From contig CAVVPN010000003.1 in NCBI GenBank assembly GCA_963750165.1, forward strand, positions 1,248,001 through 1,312,000: a stretch of DNA of 64,000 bases. Direction: 5' to 3'. A program made the position numbers and the translations under genes. The notes under the pieces are model-generated. The model was not told the DNA's origin, did no database searches, and was given only the letters and a program-made list of their open reading frames with translations. This stretch comes from an uncultured Gemmataceae bacterium. Lineage in GTDB: Bacteria; Planctomycetota; Planctomycetia; Gemmatales; Gemmataceae. This document shows positions 37,421-48,476 of this stretch, piece by piece; the stretch's first letter is position 1, and the number at the start of each line of letters is the position of its first letter.

Positions 37421-37888
37421 TTATGAATGCGCTTCCCGAAGGTGTTGACGTAGCAGGGCGGTGGTTTCAGCGCGGCTCACGGGGCCGGTTTCGAGGCGGC
37501 GCCGCTCCGCGGGGTCGCGCTCGGCCCGGTCCAGGGCGAGCCAGACGGCCCGGAGCGTGTCCGGGTCGTCGTGGGCGCGCGGGAACAGGTGCCAGTGTGG
37601 GTGCGCCACCTGATTGCCGAGCAGTTCCCAATTGAGCTTGCGCGGCGCTACCGCCCGCTCGACCGCCCGGCCGAGCAGGCACAATTCCTCAAAAAAGCCG
37701 CGGCGTTCGCCGTCCGGCAGGTGGGTCAGCTCCGCGGCGTGACGGCGCGCGACGAGCACACAGTAGCCGTGATAGTACTGCCACGGCCCGAGGAAGGCGA
37801 CGGAATGCGGGAACTGCCAGACGACCTCCTCGTCCGGCAGTTCGTGCAGGGTCAGCAGTTTACGACAAAGCGGACAGTCCTCAGTCAT
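37421..37888 (-). CDS. HIT family protein
   Basis: CPLC N-terminus, LLGNQVAHPHWHLFPR histidine triad. Confidence 0.9.
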   Translation of the reverse strand: MTEDCPLCRKLLTLHELPDEEVVWQFPHSVAFLGPWQYYHGYCVLVARRHAAELTHLPDGERRGFFEELCLLGRAVERAVAPRKLNWELLGNQVAHPHWHLFPRAHDDPDTLRAVWLALDRAERDPAERRRLETGPVSRAETTALLRQHLREAHS

Positions 37889-37912
37889 GAATGGCCATCC
37901 GTGGTCCTGACG

Positions 37913-39082
37913 TTACCAATCGCCGCCCCCGCCGCCGCCACCGAAATCACCACCGCCACCACCCCCCCAATCGCCACCACCACCACCGCCGCCGCCAGCG
38001 TCACCGCCACCCCAGTCACCACCACCGCCGCCCCCAGTGTCACCACCGCCCCAGTCGCCACCGCCACCACCGCCGGCGTCTCCGCCGCCGCCCTGGTCGC
38101 CACCGCCGCCCTGGTCGCCGCCGCTCCAGTCGCCGCCCGCACCGGACGAGCCGGTGCCCACGTCACTGCCCTGGTCGATGCCGCCACCGCCACCGCCGCC
38201 GTAGTTGCTTGGCGGGGGCGACCCATAGGCGCTGGGACCGCCGCCGCCGAAGAAGTGGCTGTACATCCACATGCCGGCCGCCGCACCGAACAGGCCGCCC
38301 AGCAGGCTCGGGAAAAAGCCGCCGCCCCCACCGCCGCCGCCGCCGTAACCACCGCCACCGTAGCCGCCACCATAGCCCGCCGGCCGGCCAGCTCCCGACA
38401 GGGCCCGGAAGATCGCGATCACGACCCAGATCACGAGGAGCACCACCACACCGATGCAGATCCAGGGCAAGATGTACTCGTACCACGGGGTCGCCGTCGT
38501 GCCGCCGTCACCCCGCCGGGACGCAGCCGCGTTCTGGTTCATGGTGCGCCGGACGTAGTCGGCGCCTTCCAGCAACGCGGCGTCCCACTTCGCCTGGGCG
38601 GTGTTTTGGTCGCCTTTCTCCTGCGCGGTGGCGGCCTCCTTGATCCGGGTCAGCATCAGGTTCCGCAGTTCCCTGGCGTTCTCCGTCGTGAACAGGCCCT
38701 CGTTGCGCGTCCGATTGCCCACCTGGACGCGGAGCAGGTGCGGCTTCAGGCAGATCAGGACCATGACGCCGTTGACCTGGCGCTGGTCGAACAGGTCACT
38801 GGCCCATTGTCCCGCGAACGCCTCCGCCTTTTGATCCTTGTACTTTTCCGGGGCCGAGCCGAACGTCTCAATGTACAGATCCTTGTTGTGTTCCCGTTTG
38901 ATTGTTTTGATGGCAACAAACGCTTGCTCCTTGGCGGCAACGCTGAAGCGGTTGATGGGGTCTTCCACCGGTCGGGCCGACGTCGTTTGCTTGTTTTTCT
39001 GGGCCGCTGCCGGCCCGACCGCGACCAGCCAGCCGATCAGCACCAGGCCCATCGGCAAAATCCAGCGTCCCAGGAAGTGCAT
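37913..39082 (-). CDS. TPM-domain-like membrane protein with Gly-rich tail
   Basis: GAGGAG RBS before ATG 39082; signal peptide, alpha/beta periplasmic domain, TM helix, GGGD(W/F) repeat tail. Confidence 0.8.
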   Translation of the reverse strand: MHFLGRWILPMGLVLIGWLVAVGPAAAQKNKQTTSARPVEDPINRFSVAAKEQAFVAIKTIKREHNKDLYIETFGSAPEKYKDQKAEAFAGQWASDLFDQRQVNGVMVLICLKPHLLRVQVGNRTRNEGLFTTENARELRNLMLTRIKEAATAQEKGDQNTAQAKWDAALLEGADYVRRTMNQNAAASRRGDGGTTATPWYEYILPWICIGVVVLLVIWVVIAIFRALSGAGRPAGYGGGYGGGGYGGGGGGGGGFFPSLLGGLFGAAAGMWMYSHFFGGGGPSAYGSPPPSNYGGGGGGGIDQGSDVGTGSSGAGGDWSGGDQGGGGDQGGGGDAGGGGGGDWGGGDTGGGGGGDWGGGDAGGGGGGGGDWGGGGGGDFGGGGGGGDW

Positions 39083-39308
39083 GACATTCTCCTCTGCGAA
39101 GGGTGCGCCCATTTCCCCGTACTTCGTCAAAACGGCGGCAATCTTGCGCCGTCCGAGGCAGCGGTACGGTAACCCGGCGCTACATCTTATGATATACGGT
39201 AGGGTTTTGCAGCGGGCCGACACGAGGCCATCGCGGCGGCCCGTCCTATAACAAGCAAAGGCCGTGCCCGGCCGGCACGCCGTTCGCCTCGAACGAGAGG
39301 AGGTAGCC

Positions 39309-39842
39309 ATGAGCCCGTTTCGTTCCACCACCATCCTGGCCGTGCGCCACAATGACGCCGTGGCCATCGGCGGCGACGGCCAGGTGACGTTGGGCAACGT
39401 CGTCATGAAAAGCGACGCCCACAAGATTCGCCGCCTGCACGAGGGCAAGGTGGTCGTCGGCTTCGCCGGCGCCTCCGCGGACGCCTTCGCACTGCTGGAG
39501 CGCTTCGAGGCCAAACTCAAGGACGCCCAGGGCAGTGTGCCGCGCGCCGCCACCGAGCTGGCCAAGGAGTGGCGCACCGACCGTATGCTGCGCCGCCTCG
39601 AAGCCATGATGATCGCCGTGGACAACCAGCACCTTTTGCTGGTCAGCGGCACCGGCGACGTGATCCAGCCGACCGATGGCGTTTGCGCCATCGGCTCGGG
39701 CGGCTCCTACGCGCTGGCGGCGGCGCGGGCGCTGATGGCCCACTCGACGCTGACCGCCGCGCAGATCGTCCGCCACGCCCTGGAGATCGCCGGCGACATC
39801 TGCATTTACACGAACCGCAACATCGATGTGCAAGAAGTATAA
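39309..39842 (+). CDS. hslV: ATP-dependent protease peptidase subunit HslV
   Basis: [43 protein letters not shown]. Confidence 0.98.
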   Translation: MSPFRSTTILAVRHNDAVAIGGDGQVTLGNVVMKSDAHKIRRLHEGKVVVGFAGASADAFALLERFEAKLKDAQGSVPRAATELAKEWRTDRMLRRLEAMMIAVDNQHLLLVSGTGDVIQPTDGVCAIGSGGSYALAAARALMAHSTLTAAQIVRHALEIAGDICIYTNRNIDVQEV

Positions 39843-39857
39843 CCGGGAGAAGCACCC

Positions 39858-41192
<1,335 letters not shown>

Positions 41193-41198
41193 CCCAAA

Positions 41199-41266
41199 GG
41201 CGAGCGGCGCGGCGTCAGCCCGCCGGTAACTCGCAGTACCGGCGGGCTGACGCCGCGCCGCTCGCC
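41199..41266. repeat. Palindromic REP-like repeat, family A copy 3
   Basis: Near-identical to 9745-9812; lies between convergent genes. Confidence 0.9.
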
Positions 41267-41273
41267 TTACCGA

Positions 41274-41714
41274 TCACGACGTGTGATCGTGGATGATGCG
41301 CCACTGGCCCTTGACCTTGTGAAAGATCAGGGTAAAGAGCCCCTCGGCGGTCTCCTTCTTCAGCGTCAGCACGAAGCGGCCGCGCACGAACGCATGGTCG
41401 GCGCCGGCCATCTGAATGTCGAGGTCGCGAAAAGCCAGCTGGCCCATTTCCTTGCCGTCAGCCTGGTACGTCTTCTGATAGCGCTCCAGCGTCGCCGCCC
41501 AGCCGCGCGTCACCTTCTTGCCGGCGTAGAACGTCAGGTTCGGCGACTGCCAGTAGCCCTGCATGAAGCCCTTCAGATCGCCCTTGTTCCAGGCCGCCAC
41601 CTGGGCGTCGAGGACCGCGCGCACCGCCTGCTTGCCGTCCTGCGGCTGCGGCTGCGCGGCCGCCAGCGCCGCCAGCAGCGCCAGGCCGGTCAGGACCGTC
41701 AGCGGTCGCGTCAT
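41274..41714 (-). CDS. Secreted NTF2-like (DUF4440/SnoaL) protein
   Basis: Signal peptide; AWNKGDLKGFMQGYW, GLFTLIF, WRIIHDHTS. Confidence 0.88.
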   Translation of the reverse strand: MTRPLTVLTGLALLAALAAAQPQPQDGKQAVRAVLDAQVAAWNKGDLKGFMQGYWQSPNLTFYAGKKVTRGWAATLERYQKTYQADGKEMGQLAFRDLDIQMAGADHAFVRGRFVLTLKKETAEGLFTLIFHKVKGQWRIIHDHTS

Positions 41715-42835
41715 AGCGGGTTCTCCTTGTCGTCGGGAGTGAGGTCAATGTTCACGTCCAGCGGCTTGCCAGACAGATCCTGCAAGTCGAGTTCGATCCA
41801 CTCCTCCTCACCAGGAACCTTGGCGGGAGTTGGCGGCGCCGGCGGCGTCTGGGCGTGGGCGACCGGCGGCAGCGGCGCGGCCGCCGGGGGCGTGGGCGCG
41901 GCCGCGGTCGCGCCGGCCGGCGGCACGTGGGCCTGGTCGAACAGCCCCTGGTGGAAGCGCTGGCCGTTGACCTCCAGGGTGAAATAGTCAGCGTCGAGCG
42001 GCACCTCGAACTCCAGGTACGCGGGCAGGCCGCCCTTGCCATAGTCGCGCAGAACGCGGCCCTTCGAGTCGAGGAGGCGGCCGTGGTCCGCGACGCGGGC
42101 GTGCCTGTCCACGACTTCCGCGAAGATTTCCTGCACCACACGCATTTCCGCGGCGATCTTGTGGTCCCACAGGTCCACGTCGGTGCCGGTGTCCAGGTCG
42201 TCCAACTCGATCATCTGACTTTCGTTGATTTCCGGGCCGACGCCGATGAGCACGAACTTGACCGGGTTGCGCCGGCCCGCGGCGATGTCGCGGGCCAGGT
42301 TCGTGCTGTAGCGCTCGACGGCGTCCAGGTCGTGCAGTTCGCCGTCGGTGATGAAGACGAAGAAGCCCCACGGGGCGGAGCGGAAACGCTCGACGAAGTA
42401 GCGCACCGCCGGCAGCAGCTGCGTGCCGGTGCCAAAATCCTTCGGTGGCCCGAACGTGTGCTGTTCCGCCTCGTCGGCGCGGAAGTCGCCGACCACCTCG
42501 ATATGGCCGCCACCCTCGCCGGTGGCCCAGTAGATGCAGGTGGTGCCGCCGTCCGCGTCAATCTTGCGCGCCAGGTAGGCGCAGATGCGCTGGGCGATGG
42601 GCGTGATCTCGTTGACCGGCTTGTGTTTCTTGAACAACGGCGACACGACACCGCCGCCGTCGTCGATGCCGTAGAGCTTGTACATGGAGCCGGAGCCGTC
42701 GAGGGCGATGCCGGTCTGGGCGCCTGCGCGGTGCGGCTCCATCAGGATGGTGGCGACGACGCGCGTGCGGTCGTTGTCGGCCGGGTAGACGTTCACCTCG
42801 CCGAAGGGTTCGTTGACGTGTTTCAACTGGGTCAT
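41711..42835 (-). CDS. vWA domain protein, paralogue 2, with Pro/Ala linker and acidic tail
   Basis: MIDAS DGSGS...GT...FITDG; ATG 42835 aligns with the start of paralogue 1. Confidence 0.88.
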   Translation of the reverse strand: MTQLKHVNEPFGEVNVYPADNDRTRVVATILMEPHRAGAQTGIALDGSGSMYKLYGIDDGGGVVSPLFKKHKPVNEITPIAQRICAYLARKIDADGGTTCIYWATGEGGGHIEVVGDFRADEAEQHTFGPPKDFGTGTQLLPAVRYFVERFRSAPWGFFVFITDGELHDLDAVERYSTNLARDIAAGRRNPVKFVLIGVGPEINESQMIELDDLDTGTDVDLWDHKIAAEMRVVQEIFAEVVDRHARVADHGRLLDSKGRVLRDYGKGGLPAYLEFEVPLDADYFTLEVNGQRFHQGLFDQAHVPPAGATAAAPTPPAAAPLPPVAHAQTPPAPPTPAKVPGEEEWIELDLQDLSGKPLDVNIDLTPDDKENPL

Positions 42836-42876
42836 GGGGGATCCTCGTGGTTCTGCCGCTTGCGGCAGAAGAAACA

Positions 42877-43785
42877 TTACGTCTTCAATTCCTGCGTGAT
42901 CTGCTGACCTTCCACGTCGAGCACGAAATGCAGCGAGCCGGCGGGCAGCTCGAACTCCAGGAACGCGGGCACGCCGGTGTCGGAGTAATTCTTGACGACC
43001 TGGCCCTGGGCGTCCAGGATTTTCCCGCGGTCGCTGACGCGGGCGTTCTTGCTGACGACTTCCGCGAAGATTTCCTGCAGCACGCGCATGTGGGCGGCGA
43101 TCTTGTGGTCCCACAGATCGATCTCGGTGCCGGTGTCCAGGTCGTCCAGTTCTTCCATTTGCTGTTCGTTGATGTTGTCGCCGACGCCGATGAGCACGAA
43201 CTTGAGCGGCTTGCGCCGGCCGGTGGCCACAGCACGGGCCAACTCCGCGCTGTACTGCTTGACCGCGTTCAGGTCGTGCAGTTCGCCGTCGGTGATGAAG
43301 ATGTAAAAGCCCCACGGCGCGTCCTGGAAACGCTCGACGAAATACTTCACCGCGGGCAGCAGTTGCGTGCCGGTGCCGAAATCATCCGGCGGCCCGAAGA
43401 CGTGCTGCTCGGCCTGGTCCGCGGTGAGGTCGCCGACTTCCTGAATGCGGCTGCCGCCGGGGCCGGTGGCCCAGTAAATGCAGGTGGTGCCGCCGTCCGC
43501 GTCGAGCTTGCGCGCCAGGTAGGCGCACAGCTTCTGTGCTACCGGCGTCACCTGGTTAACGGGCTGCTGCTTCTTGCCGAACAGGCTCGCGAGGAATCCG
43601 CCGGTCTGTTCGCCGACGCCGTACAGCGCCGCCATCGAGCCGGAGCCGTCCAGGGCGATGCCGGTCTGCGTGCCCTCGCGGCGCGGCTCCATCAGGATGG
43701 TCGCCGTCACGCGGACCTTGCCGCTGGCCGCCGGATAGACATTCACTTCCCCGAAGGGATCAACGACGTGTTTGACCTGGGCCAT
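42877..43785 (-). CDS. vWA domain protein, paralogue 1
   Basis: IALDGSGSM, GTGTQLLPA, FITDGE, FVLIGVG; GGAGG RBS. Confidence 0.9.
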   Translation of the reverse strand: MAQVKHVVDPFGEVNVYPAASGKVRVTATILMEPRREGTQTGIALDGSGSMAALYGVGEQTGGFLASLFGKKQQPVNQVTPVAQKLCAYLARKLDADGGTTCIYWATGPGGSRIQEVGDLTADQAEQHVFGPPDDFGTGTQLLPAVKYFVERFQDAPWGFYIFITDGELHDLNAVKQYSAELARAVATGRRKPLKFVLIGVGDNINEQQMEELDDLDTGTEIDLWDHKIAAHMRVLQEIFAEVVSKNARVSDRGKILDAQGQVVKNYSDTGVPAFLEFELPAGSLHFVLDVEGQQITQELKT

Positions 43786-43915
43786 GAACGCAACCTCCCG
43801 GATTGGATGTCGGGCACGTTGCCCTGCCAGTAGTTCGTTCCCACCCGCGGATTATTAATATGAAACCCGAGGCTCCCCTGCGCTGGGACGGCCGCACCGC
43901 GCGTAAGATTCCGTT

Positions 43916-46335
43916 ATGAACGATCCCCCCCCACAAGGTCTGACTGCCGCCGAGGTCGCCGACCGCGTTCGCCGCGGCCTCGTCAACCGCCACCCCAGCT
44001 CCGCCTGGGCCGACTACGCCCAGATCGTCCGCCGCAATATTCTGACCCTGTTCAACGCCCTGGTGCTGCCGGCCGCGGTCGCCCTGTTCTACCTCGGCAA
44101 GCCCCAGGGCGGCATCGCCGTCAGCGGCATGGCCATCGTCAATTCCCTCATCGGGTTGGTCGAGGAAATCAAGGCTAAACGCCACCTCGACCGACTCACC
44201 ATTCTCGTCGAGACGCGCGTCCGTGTGCTGCGCGACGGCCAGTCGCAAGCAATCCCCGCCAGCGCGGTCGTCCGCGACGATTGCGTGTTGCTCGGCAGCG
44301 GCGAGGCCGTCGTCGCGGACGGCAGCGTCGTGCAGTCGCGCTTTCTGGAGATCGACGAGGCGCTGCTGACGGGCGAGTCCGATCCGGTGCGCCGCCACGT
44401 CGGTGAGCGCGTGCTGTCGGGCAGCGTCTGCGTCGCCGGGGAGGGGGCCTACCGAGCGGAGCGCGTCGGCGCCGCGGCGTTCGCACAGAGCACTGCCGTC
44501 CAGGCCCGCCGCGCGCACCACGCCCAGAGCCCCATGACCGCGACCATTAACCTGCTCATCCAGATTCTGACGTGGACGGCGGTCAGCCTGTGTGTGCTGT
44601 ACCTCGGCATCCACCTGGCCGGCCACGTGACGCAGGCGCGCATGGTCGAGATGATGGCGGCGACGATCACGTCGATGGTGCCGCAGGGCCTGGTGCTGAC
44701 GGCAACCATTTCGTTCGCACTGGGGGCTATCCACATGAGCATGCGCGGCGCCGTCGTGCAGCGCCTCAACGCCGTCGAGGCGATGGCCGCGGTGGACGTG
44801 GTGTGTACCGACAAGACCGGGACGCTGACCACCAACCTGCTCAAACTCGCTCAGCTACGGCAGCTGGCGTCGGCCGCCGGCGAAGACGAAGTGCGGCGGC
44901 GGCTGCGGCTGTTTGCGTCGGCGTCGGTCGATCAGAAGAACAAGAACATCCAGGCGCTCTGCGCCGCCCTTGGCACGGTCGAGGTCGAATTACTCGACCA
45001 GTTGCCGTTCAAGTCACAGAACCGCTACAGCGCGGTGCGCGTCCGTGATGGCGGCGGCGAGCGCGTCCTGGTGCTGGGCGCCTGCGAGGCGCTGCGCTCC
45101 CATCTCGGGAGCGACGGCGGTTGGGAGGCGGCCTGGCGCGAACTGCTGCCGACGGGACTGCGGCTGCTGCTGTTCGCGGAGGCGACGGAACCTCACCCGT
45201 TCGCGGACACGCTGGCGGACTTCACGCTGCAGCCGCTGGCGCTGGCAGCGCTCAGCGACGAACTGCGGCCCGAGGCGGCCCGGGTGCTGGAGGCGTTGAC
45301 CGCCCAGGGCATCGCCTTCAAGGTGCTCTCCGGCGACAACGCCGAGACGGTGCGCGCCACCGTCGCCACGCTTGACCTGCCGCTGGCGCGCGACGCGGTT
45401 GTCAGCGGCGACGAACTGGCCGCGGCAACGGATAAGGAGGCGTTGATCCGTGACCGCGGCGTCTTCGGCCGGGTGGCGCCGCAGCAGAAAGTGGAGATCG
45501 TCGAGACGCTACAGCGGCAGGGACGCTTCGTCGCCATGATTGGCGATGGCGTCAACGACGTGCTGCCGTTGAAGAAAGCGCACCTCGGCATTGCGATGGG
45601 CGCCGGCAGCCAGGCGAGCAAGACCGTTGCCGGCCTGATCCTGGAGAACAACAACTTCGCACTGCTGCCCGAAGCACTGGAAGAGGGCCGCACGATCATC
45701 CGCAACCTGCGCCGCTGCAGCAAGCTGTTCCTGACAAAGAATGTGTATTCGTTGATCCTGTTGCCGCTGGGGCGCTCGGCGTGTTCGGCCTGCCGTTCCC
45801 GTATGTGCCGCAGCAGGTGACGCTGCTGAACTGGCTGGTGATCGGCCTGCCGGCGCTGGTGATCGCCCTGAGCCGTGAGCGTTCGCAGGGGGCGACGCGG
45901 CCGCGGTTCCTGCGCGAGGTCGGCAGCTTCGCCGTGCGCAGCGGCGTCGTCTTCGCGCTGGCGGGGCTGACCATGCTGCTGCTGGCCGTCCACGTCTGGC
46001 GCTACGACGAGCGGACGCAGGTGACGCAGCTGCTGTCGATGCTGATCCTGCTGGGCATCACGGCACTGCTGCGGGCGCTGACCGACGGTGAGGCGCAGCC
46101 GCTGGTCGGCGACACGCGCTTCCGGCTGCTGGCGGCGGCGGCGCTGCCGGCGTACCTGCTGGCGATGTACTGGGACTTCTCGGCGCGCTTCTTCCAGCTG
46201 GCCGCGCTGGACTGGCTGCAATGGTTGCAGGTGGTCGCGGTGGCGCTGCCGGCGTACGGGTTGTCGCTGCTGAGCGACTGGCTGTTTGCCGGCTCCGTTT
46301 ACGTTTCGCGCAGGCAGAGTCCGCGCACAACGTAA
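43916..46335 (+). CDS. P-type cation-transporting ATPase (CtpE-like); frameshift near 45765
   Basis: LTGES, DKTGTLT, SGDN, MIGDGVND; C-terminal TM helices continue in ORF 45781-46335. Confidence 0.92.
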
Positions 46336-46341
46336 ACGGGG

Positions 46342-47157
46342 TCAGCTGGCGGGGGCCGCGGTCTGGGCGGCGTTCGTCTCCTGGGCGACGGCACCGGCCT
46401 GCGTCAGCAGCATCGGCACGATCAGCACGGTCATGACCAGCCACAGCACGACGGCCAAACCCAGCGCGTGGAACCACTCATAGCGCAGCCCCAGCCACAG
46501 GCCGGCGAACCACAGCGCGAGGTGGAACAGGTTCAGAAACAGCACCAGCAGCAGGCGGCCGAAGGTGCCGGCGCTTGGCAGACCGATGTTCTGATCGGGC
46601 TTCATGACCCAGCCGTCGGGGCTGACGAACTCGGTGTAACCGCTCTCCAGCTTGCGCCGCTCGAAGCGCACCTTCTCCTTCGCGCTGTCCCGGCTGGGGA
46701 TTTCGACCGCCTCGACGTTCGCGGGCGTCCACACCTCGCCGGGGGTTGGCGGCACCTCGCCCGGAACCGGCGTGAAGCTCGGCGGATGGGGGGGGATGCG
46801 GTACTCCCAGCGGCCGCCCGGCAGGGGAGCGTACTCGTACTCGGTCGCTTTTTTCGACTCGCCTTTCCTGTACGACCACAATTTCGCCGCGGGTTTCTTG
46901 GTGTAGTCCTCTTCGGTCCTGGCCCGGAACAACGCATCGTAGGGCACCTGGGCGGCGGTGGACTCGTCGGAGGAGGCGTTGAGCAGGCACCACAGCATCA
47001 GGAACACCGTCAGACCGCCGCCGACCGCCGGCGCCTGCCAGGCGATGCCCTCACTGGGCTCGGTGTAGAAGTAGCTCTGCAAAAACACACTGCCGGCCCA
47101 CAGCAGCACTGTGATGCCCAGCCCCACCACCAGCACCGTCAGCAGCAAGCCCAGCAC
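46342..47157 (-). CDS. Hypothetical membrane protein
   Basis: GGGAGG RBS before GTG 47157; two N-terminal and two C-terminal TM helices. Confidence 0.75.
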   Translation of the reverse strand: MLGLLLTVLVVGLGITVLLWAGSVFLQSYFYTEPSEGIAWQAPAVGGGLTVFLMLWCLLNASSDESTAAQVPYDALFRARTEEDYTKKPAAKLWSYRKGESKKATEYEYAPLPGGRWEYRIPPHPPSFTPVPGEVPPTPGEVWTPANVEAVEIPSRDSAKEKVRFERRKLESGYTEFVSPDGWVMKPDQNIGLPSAGTFGRLLLVLFLNLFHLALWFAGLWLGLRYEWFHALGLAVVLWLVMTVLIVPMLLTQAGAVAQETNAAQTAAPAS

Positions 47158-47225
47158 GTCGGCCTCCCGTTCTTCCTCTGCGGCTTGCGGCCTGGTGCCA
47201 GGACAGGAGTGCTGCTGTCGTGTTT

Positions 47226-47585
47226 TTGCCCCGAAGGGGTCCAACAACTTAGCGGTCCGTACCGCAATTAACTGGAGGGTTGGGGGTGACGGCCTGGGAC
47301 CGTAGGACGGCTCTCCAGAGCCGTCCCGCTCACCCCGGGACGGCTCTGGAGAGCCGTCCTACGAACGATCCCGCAACCCTCCAGTTACTTGCGGTACGAA
47401 CCACTTAGCCCAGGGCAACGCCCTGGGTCGCCAGGGCCGACCCCAACCCTTCTTTCTTCCCCGCCCTGAAGGGGCGGGACAACGATGGTTGTGCCCCTTC
47501 AGGGCGGGCAAAAGAAAGGCTGAGGGTTCCTCCCCGTTCCCAGGGCGTTGCCCTGGGCTAAGTTGTTCCGCCCCTTCGGGGCCAA
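47226..47585. repeat. Family D palindrome copy 2, interrupted by the MITE and enclosed by family B arms (47178-47646)
   Basis: Matches 37171-37384 once 47253-47408 is removed. Confidence 0.85.
47253..47403. mobile_element. 151-bp MITE copy 2
   Basis: Differs from 15857-16007 at 2 positions by eye; flanked by a CTTAG direct repeat. Confidence 0.92.
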
Positions 47586-47815
47586 GACACACAAGCAACA
47601 ACGCCCTGGTCTGGCATCAGCGTTTGCGCCAAGCCGCAAGCGGCAGCAAAGCAATGCCTGAACCTGCGTTATCCTGGGGGACCGATACCATTTCGTCAAT
47701 TCCCAAAAAGCGCTTGCCGGCCGACGGCGGCCGTGACTACGATGGGGCGCCGATTTTTTTGCCGACCCGCCAAACCAAATCCGGGCGGCCCTCGTCTTTT
47801 CTTCCCAGGGAGACC

Positions 47816-48370
47816 ATGACCAAACTCGACGAGTGCCTGACTTCCTCAGCGCCGTCGGTCGGCCAGGACGGCCGCGCCGACGCGGACGTGCTGGTGCAGA
47901 CATTCAACGCCCTGCGCAATGAACTCATCAGCACCCTGCTGTACGTGCTGGGCAACCGCGACGACGCCCTCGACGCCGCCCAGGAGGCGTTCGTCAAGTG
48001 CTGGGGCGCCCGCCAGCAACTGCACCAGGTGCAGAACCTGCGGGCGTGGATCTTCCGCGTCGCCTTCAACACCGCCAAGGACATGCAACGCAGTGCCTGG
48101 CACCGCCGGGCCAAACCGCTCCAGGGGGAGGAGTCCTTGATAATGACCAACCACCCCGGCCCCGCACTCACCGTCGAGCTGCAGGAGTCCGTCGAACGAC
48201 TCCGCAAGGCCATTTTGCAGCTGCGCGACGAGGAAAAGGAAGTCTTTCTGCTGCGGCAGAATGGCGAACTCACCTACGAACAGATCGCCGAGCTGCGCAG
48301 CTGCCCCGTCGGCACCGTCAAGACGCAGATGCGCAGCGCCCTGGAAAAATTACGCAAAATCCTGGTGTAG
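47816..48370 (+). CDS. ECF RNA polymerase sigma factor
   Basis: DDALDAAQEAF, LRAWIFRVAFNTAKD, LTYEQIAE...PVGTVKTQM. Confidence 0.93.
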   Translation: MTKLDECLTSSAPSVGQDGRADADVLVQTFNALRNELISTLLYVLGNRDDALDAAQEAFVKCWGARQQLHQVQNLRAWIFRVAFNTAKDMQRSAWHRRAKPLQGEESLIMTNHPGPALTVELQESVERLRKAILQLRDEEKEVFLLRQNGELTYEQIAELRSCPVGTVKTQMRSALEKLRKILV

Positions 48371-48476
48371 AGGACGCGCAGCCGTTTGCCAACCTCTCCG
48401 CACCGCAGCGACATTCACGACCATCGCTTTCGCCCCCAAGAAGCGCACGCCAGCGCGTGCCGTGTGAGGACATGCC

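Noticed and set aside
37913..39691. 592-aa version of the TPM protein overlapping hslV
   Set aside because: The N-terminal 203 codons are antisense to hslV and its promoter; the RBS and signal peptide indicate a start at 39082
41711..43315. 534-aa ORF apparently spanning both vWA genes
   Set aside because: The 5' part is an out-of-frame read of paralogue 1; the real start is ATG 42835, which aligns with the paralogue's N-terminus
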